57,741 nt of DNA, from positions 1 through 57,741 of the IMG/VR virus record IMGVR_UViG_3300042983_000003. One strand, 5' to 3'. Below the pieces are notes generated by a model, which worked only from the letters and a program-made list of their open reading frames with translations, was not told the origin of the DNA and did not search any database. This stretch comes from a virus. Taxonomy: Duplodnaviria > Caudoviricetes. A program made the translations under genes and the position numbers. Each line of letters starts with the position of its first letter. Position 1 is the first letter of the stretch. Below are positions 36,101 to 45,619 of this stretch, piece after piece.

Positions 36101-37096
36101 TGTCACCTTGGCGTAGACCCCGGTCGTCACGGCCAGCGACGCCACGGACGCCACCGTGTTGAACGTCCCTGCGCGCAGCACGCGCCCACCAAGCGTGGTC
36201 GCGGACGTCACCCAGACGATGCCGATCTTCTGGAACACCGGATCGAACGAGAGAGCGATCGCGCCGGTGACCGCATCTGCGTTCGTGAGTACCGAGGGCA
36301 GCCCGGTGGCCGGCGAGCCGAGCACGCCAGACGGGTGGAGGTAGCCGATCCTCCAGCCTCCGACGATCGCCCATGCGACCAGCCCGGGGCGGATCGCGAA
36401 CGCGCCTGCCGGGGCGGAGACAGCGGCCTCTGCGTCGTACGATGGGTTGCCGGCATTGAGGTCATTCGTGAGCGTCGACACCACCGGAGCGGTCGCGGGG
36501 TGCGCCGGGTTGACCAGCGCCAGCTGGATGCTGCCAAGGTCCGAGCGGGTCCACAGCACGTGCAGCACATCGCCAACGGCGAGGCATGTCGGGTCGCGCG
36601 CGAGCGCGGCGCCATCGAGCCGGGTCTGCGAGAGCAGGTAGCGCCCGGTCGCGGCCTCGATCACCGAGCACCAGACCCCGCCTCGCGAATCCTCCCATGC
36701 CGCGACGCGGATCCCGTGGCGCTCCGCGACGTCCGGCTGCGTCTGATAGGTGCCCGTCCGCGCGATCGGCAGGGTCGTCGCCGTGGTCGCCGCCACCTCG
36801 CCGGAATCCGCCCACCGGTCCGCGCTGGGCCGGTAGCTGTAGGCGCGCTTGTCGGTGAACAGCAGCACCTCGCCATCGCGTTCCGCGAGCCCGCGCGCTC
36901 CGGAGTAGACCCCGCCGTTGTCCTGGATCAGGGTGCTGAGCGCCCGGTGCCCGTTGCGCTTGCTGATCGTGGTCAGCTTCGTAAACACGCAATTCTGCAG
37001 GTCAAGCAGCTTGGTGGTCGGGACCTGCTTGCTGTCCGTGCGCAGATCGACACCACCACCAAAGGCGATCGCGAGCGGAGCTGGGCGGAGGGTCAT
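33152..37096 (-). CDS. Tail nozzle (tubular protein B-like) with inserted LamG-like domain
   Basis: FGGGVD...NCVF...KRNG N-terminus, beta-propeller-like body, IETAWI...YFLG C-terminus. Confidence 0.75.
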   Translation of the reverse strand: MTLRPAPLAIAFGGGVDLRTDSKQVPTTKLLDLQNCVFTKLTTISKRNGHRALSTLIQDNGGVYSGARGLAERDGEVLLFTDKRAYSYRPSADRWADSGEVAATTATTLPIARTGTYQTQPDVAERHGIRVAAWEDSRGGVWCSVIEAATGRYLLSQTRLDGAALARDPTCLAVGDVLHVLWTRSDLGSIQLALVNPAHPATAPVVSTLTNDLNAGNPSYDAEAAVSAPAGAFAIRPGLVAWAIVGGWRIGYLHPSGVLGSPATGLPSVLTNADAVTGAIALSFDPVFQKIGIVWVTSATTLGGRVLRAGTFNTVASVASLAVTTGVYAKVTSAWGGGAPSGGFGNNLFWAAESSAARSDLCAIDSGSIDGVTGALGAQTRLLGHGLASRAWHDGAALDGVTFDGDVYVMIAHTARFFPYVAALRLSGASGIAAPNAVIVSRLMPGEASGALMRNTGAGTRAWTTHLPNAMPVDLAETDVYSRQHAVCVPYRIQLSSQNGDQFSEQGLKLATVDFLPAYQSVQLGRGLYLSSSMPMHYDGDAWHEADFHCAPDFGFDAAGAPVDMTTAIAIGAAGAIANGAYLYAWWYEAVDAQGELHRGPPSVKMLVTMAGGPKKFTMAIPACRLTRFANVRICVARSPAGATGTDSTLPLFRVTSNDVTVVAGDNRYVLNDPTVDTVSFTDNLDDIALKAREELYTNGGILPNSPAPWHGGIVAVGKSRLFYTDTTDPHLIRYTQQIADDTAIEAPIDLSLRKDPFGGPVTAIGVMDDTVVPFSTTAVYVFAGPGPLADPNANPEANAFTAIELVSTDVGCITATSIGQTPVGLTFQSAKGIMMLTRDRKIVNIGNDVQKFDFQKITHATLIPSAQRIVYLTDSGRSPVWDYNRDSWSTFTNHEGLDAIVLDGLYYYLRTDGRVFVETPKLYLDDNSTITMVIETAWIHFAQYLQSWQRILYAYFLGRFISDHTLVVRYRLDYDESYSPEILNDVNGNWSPSPYGAGAYGAGAYGGAGGAGTRYQRHIHINKRSQAISFRLEDRLTGGYNDAITAIKGATFTHGWLCDEINGGLAPVLGGVTLAASGAGLVYGDPGPRGGGDRAVGCAVSQTGKWDGGALFSVGLADELVVAWVIKWIALPTAFGQVCGNASAAFGNGWSISGTDGTSMTFGLGPGSTFGTAIAGPSAYMVGAWQVGLAVIDRSGLTDISQLGVRELFGTAEVLSVQSSSIDGSAAPSASHFTVGTGDWVPGNDNFRLAALFVGKGPGVAAGLAANLSTALAQFATAVSTGITPGASFELSELLLVGGVLGPVNKIGAARSA

Positions 37097-37167
37097 CGCC
37101 CACTCCGGATTGCGTGCCGCGAACCGTGGCAGTTGACGGGGCAATGACTGCGCATCATGGTAGGCGC

Positions 37168-37596
37168 ATGCGCACACTTATTATCGCAACGGTCATCCTC
37201 CTCGGATGCGGTGTTGACCATGGGGACGCGGTGTACATCGACATACCCGATGCGACGTTCGCGTCGCTGTCCGGTGTGCTGGTCGCACCCATTCCGTTTT
37301 ATGGTGATGCTTCCGTAATCCGTATCGATGCGGTCGTGTCCTGCCGTGGGGCTTCCCATGTCATCCTGTGCGCATGGGAAGCGATTCCCGGCGAACCGGA
37401 TCAGGTTCTGGAGGAATGCAGTCAAGTTGCGATGTGCGACACCGGAATTCCGATAGGCATGTCGCTCGATACGACATTCGGCATCACCGCGGCGCATAGC
37501 ATGTCGGCGGTGATAGACGGACTCGGAGCGCCGGGCCTGGTCGCGTTGTCGGCCGGTGCCGATCTGTCGCTGCGACATCACACGGTCACCGAGTAG
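37168..37596 (+). CDS. Lipoprotein, antisense within the tail operon
   Basis: MRTLIIATVILLGC lipobox; fills a gap between minus-strand genes. Confidence 0.7.
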   Translation: MRTLIIATVILLGCGVDHGDAVYIDIPDATFASLSGVLVAPIPFYGDASVIRIDAVVSCRGASHVILCAWEAIPGEPDQVLEECSQVAMCDTGIPIGMSLDTTFGITAAHSMSAVIDGLGAPGLVALSAGADLSLRHHTVTE

Positions 37597-38636
37597 CCGG
37601 TTCCGAAGTCGGTCGCTCCAGAGTTATGAGATACCTGAATGTGATACGTACGACCGGCCTGTACAACCTTCGCTAAGCCTGCCTGTCCGATGGACGAGTT
37701 GACAGTACCTGCCGCATTGGTGGTCTGCGTGGCCCCGATTTTGACCGATGATGATGTACTAAGATTGACCTCCCATAGATCAGCCGAAATGGTAACGGTG
37801 TTGTCGCTCGCCTTTTGGAAGAAGAATGACCACGCGGAGATCGTCTCCCCCACCCGCAACTCGAGCGGGAGAAATCCAATAACCGAGGAGAGCTGCAAAA
37901 GTGGGATATCGCCTCCGTTACTGATGGTCCCGGATGCGAATGCCATGCTGTAGTTTTTGGTGTTCGATGCGGCCACCGTGAGCGCGCCAGTGGAGTCTAC
38001 CTGCACGAGTGCTTTGACGGCCGGCAACGCCGCTGGCATCGTCAGCGTGTAGCTGGCCGCAAGCGCCGCCGGGCTCGCGAGCCGCACGCGCTGGGTCGGG
38101 ACGCCAGCGGCCGGGTTCGCCTTGAACTCGTACAGGTCGACGTCCGCGCTCCGCATACGCGCGTACTGGCGCACTCCGGTGCCCAGCTGTTGCTGGAACC
38201 AGTAGCTGTCCGTTCCGTCGTCGAATACGACGAGCGCGCCGACCGCTGCGTAGTCGCCGCCGATCCCGCCGGTGAACGCGGCCACGTTGAGCGCGGCGCC
38301 CGCGGTCAGCTTGACGTTCGTGCCGCTCGTGTTGCGCCAATATAGCTCGTTGTCGGCGCTGTTGAGGAACAGCGCGCCGGCGAAGCCCGCCACCACCGCA
38401 GCGGCAACCGCTGCGAAGTCGACAGCTGCGAGGTTCGTCGCGGAGTGGCCACCGAACGTCACATCGTCGTTGATGTTGAGCGCCGCCGCTGGGATCTTGA
38501 CGCCCTTGCTCGTCGTGTGGTCGTGCCCGTCGACGATCCCGCGGATCGCCGTGTCCATGATCGGCGCCCAGACGTTGAAATCGTCGGCGTCGGTCGGCCA
38601 GACGATCAGCATGTTCGGTGATGGTGCTTGCGGCAT
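37578..38636 (-). CDS. Tail fibre / receptor-binding protein
   Basis: DGHDH..KG N-terminal motif; SYTLTMPAALP; lower-GC C-terminal domain. Confidence 0.75.
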   Translation of the reverse strand: MPQAPSPNMLIVWPTDADDFNVWAPIMDTAIRGIVDGHDHTTSKGVKIPAAALNINDDVTFGGHSATNLAAVDFAAVAAAVVAGFAGALFLNSADNELYWRNTSGTNVKLTAGAALNVAAFTGGIGGDYAAVGALVVFDDGTDSYWFQQQLGTGVRQYARMRSADVDLYEFKANPAAGVPTQRVRLASPAALAASYTLTMPAALPAVKALVQVDSTGALTVAASNTKNYSMAFASGTISNGGDIPLLQLSSVIGFLPLELRVGETISAWSFFFQKASDNTVTISADLWEVNLSTSSSVKIGATQTTNAAGTVNSSIGQAGLAKVVQAGRTYHIQVSHNSGATDFGTGYSVTV

Positions 38637-38959
38637 CAGAACGCCTCCACGGTGGCGCCGGGCTGCGCGACCCCCACACAGGTCAGCGTCATCTGCGATC
38701 TCGTCGCGCTCTTGAGCGCCCACGCCCACGCCGCGTTGGCCACCGTGGGCGTGACGGTCGCGCCCCGGGGCTTGCGCCCGAGCCCGTGGTTCAGCGTGGT
38801 GTCACCCACGACGAGATCTGCCACCACGACGGTGCGGTCGCGCAGCTGGTCGGCGGCCCGCTGCGCGCTCTGGATGACCTGCCGCGTCTGCACGTCGCCG
38901 CTCACCGGAGCGAACTGGCGCGCGCGGGCCACCGGCCGGATGGGCTTCTGCGCCCCCAT
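38636..38959 (-). CDS. Small virion protein
   Basis: NHGLGRKP motif. Confidence 0.7.
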   Translation of the reverse strand: MGAQKPIRPVARARQFAPVSGDVQTRQVIQSAQRAADQLRDRTVVVADLVVGDTTLNHGLGRKPRGATVTPTVANAAWAWALKSATRSQMTLTCVGVAQPGATVEAF

Positions 38960-39654
38960 CAGAACCTGTCATCCTCGGGCCACGCCCACGCGTTCTTGCG
39001 CCGAGGCCCGCGCGGGTTGAGGTAGAACGGCTCGCCGGCATCGCGCGCGTCCGCGGCCGTCCGGAGCCCAAGTAGATCCTCTCCGATCAGCTTCTCGATG
39101 CCGCTGGTGTCGAGATCCGAGCGCACGAGCATGTCGCGCGCCGCGAGGTGAACGACCAGCATCTCTTCAGCCGGCACGTCGAAGGTCACGACGTCGCCGT
39201 CCGCCGCCAGCTGTGGGGCCAGCGGGATGTAGTAGATCTTGCCCGTCCCCGCGCCCGGCACCGGGGCGAACACGAGCGAGGCCCCCTGCACGCGGTAGCG
39301 CACGCGGCGCACATCGCCTTGCGAGACGGCGGACCACATCGCGGCTGCATCGAGGTCGTGCGGGTAGCACCGGATAAACCGCTGCCCGTCCGCCGACACG
39401 TCGAGGTGCCGCAGCTTGTAGAAGTTCGGCGCGATCGTCGCCAGCGCGTACGTGTCCGTACCGGCGACGATCGCGAAAGTCGGATTCAGCGTGTAGTAGT
39501 CCTCCCACCGCTGAACCATGGCGTCGTACCCGCGCAGCAATCCGTAGTTGATCGCCTGGAGCAGCACCGCCGGCGTGATGTCCAGTGAGCCCTCCCATGA
39601 GCCGACGGTCTGCACCGCGGTCCTGAGTTGCGCGAGGGTACGAGTGTACGGCAT
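38959..39654 (-). CDS. Head-tail adaptor (tubular protein A-like)
   Basis: TLAQLR...IN...GTDTYAL...APVP...YIP. Confidence 0.75.
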   Translation of the reverse strand: MPYTRTLAQLRTAVQTVGSWEGSLDITPAVLLQAINYGLLRGYDAMVQRWEDYYTLNPTFAIVAGTDTYALATIAPNFYKLRHLDVSADGQRFIRCYPHDLDAAAMWSAVSQGDVRRVRYRVQGASLVFAPVPGAGTGKIYYIPLAPQLAADGDVVTFDVPAEEMLVVHLAARDMLVRSDLDTSGIEKLIGEDLLGLRTAADARDAGEPFYLNPRGPRRKNAWAWPEDDRF

Positions 39655-39658
39655 GGGG

Positions 39659-40081
39659 TTACGCGTTCTCCACGACGAGCTTGCCGATGATCACGAAGCG
39701 GATGAAGTCCGTGGCAACGATGTCCGCCGCGATCCCAGCCGACGTGAACGTCTTGAACGAGAGCACCCGTGTCGTCGGATTGTAGTCGGTCATCTGGACC
39801 TGCTTCCCGTCGGCGCCCCACAGCGTGGGGATGATGTCCAAGATCACCGGGATGTTGTCCTTGAGCTTCACCGTGTAGACGCCGGCGCCCGTTCGCACGA
39901 GGTCGGCAGCGACCCCAGAGATGAAGTTGTCGAGCGCCGACATCCAGCCGATGGACGACGTCCCGGACGTCACGGTTGATGGGATCACCGGAGCAGCACC
40001 GACCGCCCCTTGAACGCAGCCGTACGCCCGGATCTCCTCTCGGGCGAGGGTCTGCGAGATTGGATATGGAGTCCTGTTCAT
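39659..40081 (-). CDS. Capsid-associated/decoration protein
   Basis: AAGGAG RBS; RTGAGVYTV; follows capsid gene. Confidence 0.65.
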   Translation of the reverse strand: MNRTPYPISQTLAREEIRAYGCVQGAVGAAPVIPSTVTSGTSSIGWMSALDNFISGVAADLVRTGAGVYTVKLKDNIPVILDIIPTLWGADGKQVQMTDYNPTTRVLSFKTFTSAGIAADIVATDFIRFVIIGKLVVENA

Positions 40082-40091
40082 GACGGACTCC

Positions 40092-41357
40092 TTACGGAAG
40101 CAGAATGACGCAGTTGAAGCCCGGCGCCTTACAGCTGAAGTTGAAGTACTCGCCGATGCGCGCCTCGTACCCGTCGTTCGTCTCGGAGACCTTGATGATG
40201 CTGCCGGCGCGCTTCTGGAGGAAGTTCGGCGCGGGCCCCGCGCTGAACATGCACCAGGACGGCCACGTGAGCACGTACACGCGCTTCTGCTGGCAGCAGC
40301 GATCAGTGTAGATGGTGAGGTCATGCCCGTTCAGGTTCACGCGGAACCCGGTGTAGCCGACATTCGCCATCTTCTTGCCGTCGTACCCGACAGCCGACGT
40401 CACCACCCACTTGCCCTCGAGCTGCTTCGCCAGCGTCGCGAACGTGAACGGGTTCATCCAGACCACGTCCGGGTCGCCGCCGATGTTGTCGACCGCCGCG
40501 ACGGCATCGATCAGCAGCGACGAGAGCGTCTGTCCGAGCGTGCCATCGATACGAAGCCCACCGAGGTAGTCGCTCTCGATCGACCGGTTCACGTTGTAGA
40601 ACAGCGTCGCGGTCGGGGCCGTGTCGGGCACCCAGTCGGCGAGACCGGACGCCGCGCCGTTGCCGCCGCCCGCCGCGATCTCGTCGCCGTTGAGGTAGAT
40701 GAAGTCGGTGTTGGTGATCGCCGCGATGGCCGCGGTCGCGTTGCCCGTCAACGTGAAGCTCGCGTTGGTGCGGTTCACCGTCGCGATGATGGCGGTCGCG
40801 CCGGCGTTGCGCAGCGCGGAGCCGAGCGAGGCGTTGGCCACGATCGCCTCACCCTGTCGGATGCCCCACATCGAGGATGCATCCTTGAACGCAAGGTTCG
40901 GCGTCGCGACGTTGCAGACGCCGTCGAGCTGGCCGATCTCGCCGTTCTGGGTCCGGAAGAACCGGAAGTTGATGTAGTTGCCCTCGGCCTCGATGCCGTT
41001 GTCGAACTCGTCGAACGCCGACTCGAACGCATCCTCGTCGCCAGTCGCGGTCGCCTCGATCGCCTGGTTATCGACCTTGGCGATCCGGTAGTGCTGCTTG
41101 CGCGTGACGTTGAAGTTCTTGTAGGACGAAGTGTTGTTCGCGGCGTTCGTCACGGCCACGGAGAAGCTCGTAGAACCGCCGCCGGGTAGCGCGGTCATGA
41201 TGGGCTGCACCCACTCGCGGCCACCCACCATCTTCTTTTGCGACTTGGCGAGCATGCCGGTCGCGCGGTTTCGTTGCATTGCCATGCGCGCGACCTCGAA
41301 GGGGCTGTAATGCTCCTTCATCATCGGGTCGAACGCGGTCAGGTCGAGAACAGCCAT
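40092..41357 (-). CDS. Major capsid protein
   Basis: 421 aa, position after scaffold, HK97-type C-terminal pattern (VVWMNP...F.C.APG.N). Confidence 0.85.
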   Translation of the reverse strand: MAVLDLTAFDPMMKEHYSPFEVARMAMQRNRATGMLAKSQKKMVGGREWVQPIMTALPGGGSTSFSVAVTNAANNTSSYKNFNVTRKQHYRIAKVDNQAIEATATGDEDAFESAFDEFDNGIEAEGNYINFRFFRTQNGEIGQLDGVCNVATPNLAFKDASSMWGIRQGEAIVANASLGSALRNAGATAIIATVNRTNASFTLTGNATAAIAAITNTDFIYLNGDEIAAGGGNGAASGLADWVPDTAPTATLFYNVNRSIESDYLGGLRIDGTLGQTLSSLLIDAVAAVDNIGGDPDVVWMNPFTFATLAKQLEGKWVVTSAVGYDGKKMANVGYTGFRVNLNGHDLTIYTDRCCQQKRVYVLTWPSWCMFSAGPAPNFLQKRAGSIIKVSETNDGYEARIGEYFNFSCKAPGFNCVILLP

Positions 41358-41409
41358 GGGGAAGGTCCTTTGGAAAGTTGGTGGTGGACCTGCCTATGTC
41401 GGAGGAGAG

Positions 41410-42774
41410 CTATCGTGCTCCTCCGACATATCTCGCCTTACGTGCGGCGAGTTGCGCGTGCCGGTACTCCTGCCGATCGGACTTGTCCATCGGATCGTAT
41501 TCCGGTGGATCGGGCTCCTTGGCAGGGGGCGTTGCGGGCTTTGGCTGCTGCGTCGGGGCTGGACCTGGAACCCCACCTGGTGACGCCTGCGGTTTGGCCG
41601 GCTCGACCGCGGGTACAGACACCGGGGCAAGCAGGGTTTGGAAGTGCGCGGCGGCTTTCACCACGGCTTCCGCTCGAGAACGATAATGGTCATCGGAGAA
41701 CTTCGCTGCGGTCGCGAGATCGGGGGCAACGTGTTTGACGGGATCGAGCTTGTGGAGCCGCTCCATCTCCTTGTAGACGCCGTGGACGATCGCGGCGGCC
41801 GGGATGCCGTCGGTCGCGGTGGTGTCGTGGAGGAACTTCCACGTGCCGGCGTGTGGCGCGAGCTGGGCGCCGATGTGGTCGGTCAGCTGGCGCTCGGCCG
41901 CCTCGCTCGCGCGCTTCTCCTCTGCTTCCTTGGCGGTCTTTTCGAGCTCGAGACGCCGCGCCTCGAGCTGCTTCTCCTTCGTGTCCTGCGAGATCCGATT
42001 CGCGCGCACCGCGCGCACGGCACGCCGGCTCTCGACCTGCGACTTCAGGTCCGCCGGAAGCTTGGCGTCGAGCATCTGCTCGGATACCTCGGTCATCATG
42101 TCGCTCGCGAACGTCTTGAGCTCGACGGGATCGGTGATCCCGAGCGTATCCTTGAGCCACGCGATCACCGTGGCCGCTGGCGCTTCGGCGAGCCGGTCGA
42201 GCGTGGGCAGTCGCTTGGACAGCTCCTCGAGCTCGCGGTGCCGAGCGTCGATCGCCGCCTCGCGCGCGTCCAGCGCCGCCTTGCGCTCATGGTCTGCCGC
42301 CGAGCTCGCGGACGCGGCCTGCGTCGCGGCCTCGGGCATGCGCAGCACCGGCAGCTGCCCGGCCGGCAGCGGGCCGGGGGTTGCCGGGGGCGGCACGACC
42401 GCAGCCGTCGTCGCTGGTGCCGGGCTCGCCGGCGCCGGGTCGGTGCCCATCGGAACGAGATCGTCGGCGATCCCCCCGATGCCCGCGTCCGCCGTGTCGG
42501 CCTTGGCCGATGCCGCCGCGATCGCCTTGAGCTTCGCCTTCACGCTGTCGCTGACCTCGCGCTGGCCGCGCCCCTGGAGCTCGGTTCCATCCTTCCCCAG
42601 CAGCCGATCCGCCGGCTGCGTGGTCGGATCGAGCCGCGCGGCGCCGTTGGCCGGCACCGGATCGGTTTCCTGGGGCGCGCCGGCGGCGAACGCCGCGCGC
42701 GGCGCCGGCGCCGCCGGCTTGGGCGCGTTGTCGGCCATTGTGATCGCGGGCGCGTACTCAGCTTCTTCGCTCAT
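41410..42774 (-). CDS. Scaffolding protein
   Basis: Pro/Ala disordered ends plus coiled coil; between portal and capsid. Confidence 0.7.
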   Translation of the reverse strand: MSEEAEYAPAITMADNAPKPAAPAPRAAFAAGAPQETDPVPANGAARLDPTTQPADRLLGKDGTELQGRGQREVSDSVKAKLKAIAAASAKADTADAGIGGIADDLVPMGTDPAPASPAPATTAAVVPPPATPGPLPAGQLPVLRMPEAATQAASASSAADHERKAALDAREAAIDARHRELEELSKRLPTLDRLAEAPAATVIAWLKDTLGITDPVELKTFASDMMTEVSEQMLDAKLPADLKSQVESRRAVRAVRANRISQDTKEKQLEARRLELEKTAKEAEEKRASEAAERQLTDHIGAQLAPHAGTWKFLHDTTATDGIPAAAIVHGVYKEMERLHKLDPVKHVAPDLATAAKFSDDHYRSRAEAVVKAAAHFQTLLAPVSVPAVEPAKPQASPGGVPGPAPTQQPKPATPPAKEPDPPEYDPMDKSDRQEYRHAQLAARKARYVGGAR

Positions 42775-44693
42775 GCTTGTGCTCCAACGAACGGGCTCAT
42801 GCCGGCGGCGAGCTGTGACGTCGCGCCGTTCATGGGGTCAGGGACCTGCATCGGGCCGCCCTGCGGTCCAACGAAGGGAATACCCGGCGGGCCGCCGGGC
42901 GGGGGTGGCATCGGTTGCCCCGGCAGGGCGCCGGGCATCGGGCCCAGTCCGGGGGCGCCGGCGCTGGGCATCGGGGGCGGTGCCATCGCCTTTTCCTGCG
43001 CGTCGAGCATCGCAAGGAACCAGCGGTATGGTGCGAGCTCGTCGTCCTCGGCGCCTTCGGCGTAGGCGTTGTTCATCTCGCTCAGGCACGCCTCTTTCGC
43101 CTGCGCCGCGAAGGCCATGATGTGCGGGGTTGGGACGCACTCGATCTGGTAGTTCTTCGACGTCCCGAGCCGGTCCATCAGCTTCTCGAGCATCCGGTTC
43201 GGGCCGAGCAACCGCCGGTTCGCGCGCGACAGGTCGGGCTCGTCGAGGAGCGACGCCGTGACGAGCGGGTCGTGCAGGAGGCCGGGGATCTTGGCCATGT
43301 CCGAGAGCGTGTCGAGCTTCCCCGCGCGCGTGTCGGGGATGAAGTTCTCGGGCTCGAGGTTCAGGTGATGGTTGCCGCCATCCCAGTCGAACTCGGTCCA
43401 GTCGATCTCCTTGATCCACGGCGCGAGATCGATCTCCTTGTCCGTCTTCGCGTCCTCGGCGAGGTCCTTGGCTTCGTCGAGCAGAACCTGCCCGCAGTCG
43501 ACGCGCACCATCGCGTATTGGAGCTCGAGCTGCGCGAACCGTTCGCTGACAATGTCGTAGAACGTGTCCTGCGCCTTGCCGCTCGCGTTGGGTCCGAGCG
43601 GGTTCTTGCTCGAGGCCGCCGCCTGCGAGATCCCGGCGATCTCGTACATCTGCTGGATGAGCCAGCGGAGCGAGTCCATCGCCTGCTTACTCGCCGGGTC
43701 GGGCGCCTCGTAGATCGGCGTCTGCCCGCCGTCGAAGGGGACCACGCGCGGATCGCGCCCGCGCAGGTGGTGCTTGTCGACGTTCGATCCGCGGGGTTGG
43801 AAGATGATCAGCATCGACGCCCAGTGCAGCGCGACCTGATGGTCCTCCCACAGCTCGTTGACCTTGTGCTGTGACCCCGCAAGCTGTTGGGGCAACCCGA
43901 TCCCCATGAACCCACGCATGGGCGGGGTCCACTGGACGCGCGCGAACGGGTACCGGGCGCGCGTCCAGACCTTTTCCTTGAGCGGCTCCTCGCCGTCACG
44001 GATCGCCACGACGTAGCGCCCATCATCGGCGCCGGGCGAGGTCGGCAGGTGCCACCCGCGGACGAGCTCCACCTGGTCGGGGTCGATCGGTGCGTCCCAG
44101 TCGTAGGGTGACCAGATGTCGCGCGCGGCCGGCGTGACCTTTGCGATCCGCTTCCTGGCCTCGGGGTACATCGCGCAGAGGACGTCGCGGTCCACGAGCT
44201 TCACGCGGACCGCCGTGCGCGGCCAGTCGCCGTTGCGCGCCTCGCCGTCGTCGAACACCAGCTCCGAGCGCGCGAACCGCTCGAGCGCGACGTCGTTGCC
44301 GTTGCGGTAGCCCTCGACGAACCCATCTCCGCGCACCACGCTGTCGCGCAGCACGAGCGGCAGCATGCGCTCGACCGCCGGCCGTCCCATCTTGCGGCGG
44401 AGCACGTGGCTCGCGAGCTGCGCGTTCAGCTTTTCGCGGTACGCCGCGTTGTCGCAGCCGATGACGGGCATCGCGCGGCGCTTGCCGATCCGCGCGACGA
44501 CGGTGTCCACCATCGACTGCAGGAGGTTCAGGTAGCTCGACGCCTCTTGCTGCGCGCGAAGGAAGTCCTGCGCGGCGGTGCCGAGGCGGCGGCCGACGGG
44601 CCGGCCCTCGTAAATGGCCTCGTGGATGAGGTCCATCGCGTTGTAGCCGCGCAGGTACGCGCGTCGGGTGTCGGTCCATGCGAGCAGCCCCAT
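42771..44693 (-). CDS. Portal protein
   Basis: YPF...GIG, YEIAGIS...ASGKA; Pro/Gly tail; frame stays open at least 50 codons upstream. Confidence 0.85.
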   Translation of the reverse strand: MGLLAWTDTRRAYLRGYNAMDLIHEAIYEGRPVGRRLGTAAQDFLRAQQEASSYLNLLQSMVDTVVARIGKRRAMPVIGCDNAAYREKLNAQLASHVLRRKMGRPAVERMLPLVLRDSVVRGDGFVEGYRNGNDVALERFARSELVFDDGEARNGDWPRTAVRVKLVDRDVLCAMYPEARKRIAKVTPAARDIWSPYDWDAPIDPDQVELVRGWHLPTSPGADDGRYVVAIRDGEEPLKEKVWTRARYPFARVQWTPPMRGFMGIGLPQQLAGSQHKVNELWEDHQVALHWASMLIIFQPRGSNVDKHHLRGRDPRVVPFDGGQTPIYEAPDPASKQAMDSLRWLIQQMYEIAGISQAAASSKNPLGPNASGKAQDTFYDIVSERFAQLELQYAMVRVDCGQVLLDEAKDLAEDAKTDKEIDLAPWIKEIDWTEFDWDGGNHHLNLEPENFIPDTRAGKLDTLSDMAKIPGLLHDPLVTASLLDEPDLSRANRRLLGPNRMLEKLMDRLGTSKNYQIECVPTPHIMAFAAQAKEACLSEMNNAYAEGAEDDELAPYRWFLAMLDAQEKAMAPPPMPSAGAPGLGPMPGALPGQPMPPPPGGPPGIPFVGPQGGPMQVPDPMNGATSQLAAGMSPFVGAQA

Positions 44694-44817
44694 CGCTGCC
44701 TCGCGCCCGCGACACTTCCAAAAGCGCTCACCGCGCGACCCTGCCGACGCGATCGCGTCCTCTTCGTCGTCGGATGCGTAGCGCCGGTTCGAGCGCTTGT
44801 CCGCGACGTCCTTGGGC

Positions 44818-45288
44818 TTACGTTTCAGCGTCGTGGGAGGCGTGCTGCTGGCACGCCGACGCGGGAAGCGCGGACCGATACTCGACTGGAACGCCGGCGT
44901 GCAGGATCCACGACTCGATCTCGCGCCACACGGTCTCTTCGCCCTTGGTCATCGCCGCCTGACCCTTCGGGAGCGCGACGTGGGGCTCGGTCAGGCGGAT
45001 CACCTTGTCGACCGCCGGCGGCTCGCCGGGGTGCGCCTCGCGCCACTTGCGGAGCGCGCGGGCGAGCGCTACGCCCTCGATGATCCACGGGCCGGGCGCG
45101 TTCAGCCACTCGCTCGCGAGGCGCGACCCCTCGGACCACGCATCCTTGCCGAGGTGTGCGCACTGCGCGATGAGGTCATCGGTGTGCGCCACGGTGATGC
45201 CGGTCGGGTCGCCGTTCTCGTCGGCGAGGCGGTTCGCGAGCGTCGTCTTGCCCGTGCGCGGGCCGCCGGTGATCACGATGCGGGTCAT
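44818..45288 (-). CDS. P-loop kinase (adenylate-kinase-like)
   Basis: ITGGPRTGKTT, HTDD, IIEG. Confidence 0.8.
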   Translation of the reverse strand: MTRIVITGGPRTGKTTLANRLADENGDPTGITVAHTDDLIAQCAHLGKDAWSEGSRLASEWLNAPGPWIIEGVALARALRKWREAHPGEPPAVDKVIRLTEPHVALPKGQAAMTKGEETVWREIESWILHAGVPVEYRSALPASACQQHASHDAET

Positions 45289-45437
45289 CCGAGCACCCAA
45301 TACAGCGCGGCCACCGTGACTGCGGCGACGAGGATCACGAGCACGAGCGGCAGGGCCTCGCGTCGCCGTTGCCGCCGATCATACCCGCACATCAGGCACT
45401 GGCCCGAGCAAAAACGGTCGCCGCACGTGGCCTTCAC
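45285..45437 (-). CDS. 50-aa Cys4 plus TM peptide (not in ORF track)
   Basis: MKATCGDRFCSGQCLMCG...LVLVILVAAV. Confidence 0.6.
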   Translation of the reverse strand: MKATCGDRFCSGQCLMCGYDRRQRRREALPLVLVILVAAVTVAALYWVLG

Positions 45438-45619
45438 TCGAACGTCCTCCGCTCCGCGCGATCGCGCCCATCGATCCCGGTGACCACCACAGCATCGGCG
45501 GGCACGTGCTCGGTCCGCCCCTCGCGGTCGACGCGGATGTAGCCGTGCCCGAAATCGCGCACGTCACGCGCGACCCGTTCAGCGGTCCTTTCGTCGACGG
45601 TGGCCAGCATGGGCATCAC
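45434..45619 (-). CDS. Small hypothetical protein
   Basis: Coupled overlaps. Confidence 0.6.
   Translation of the reverse strand: MMPMLATVDERTAERVARDVRDFGHGYIRVDREGRTEHVPADAVVVTGIDGRDRAERRTFE

Noticed and set aside
37578-38636. Diversity-generating retroelement targeting the fibre
   Set aside because: No reverse transcriptase and no template/variable repeat pair seen
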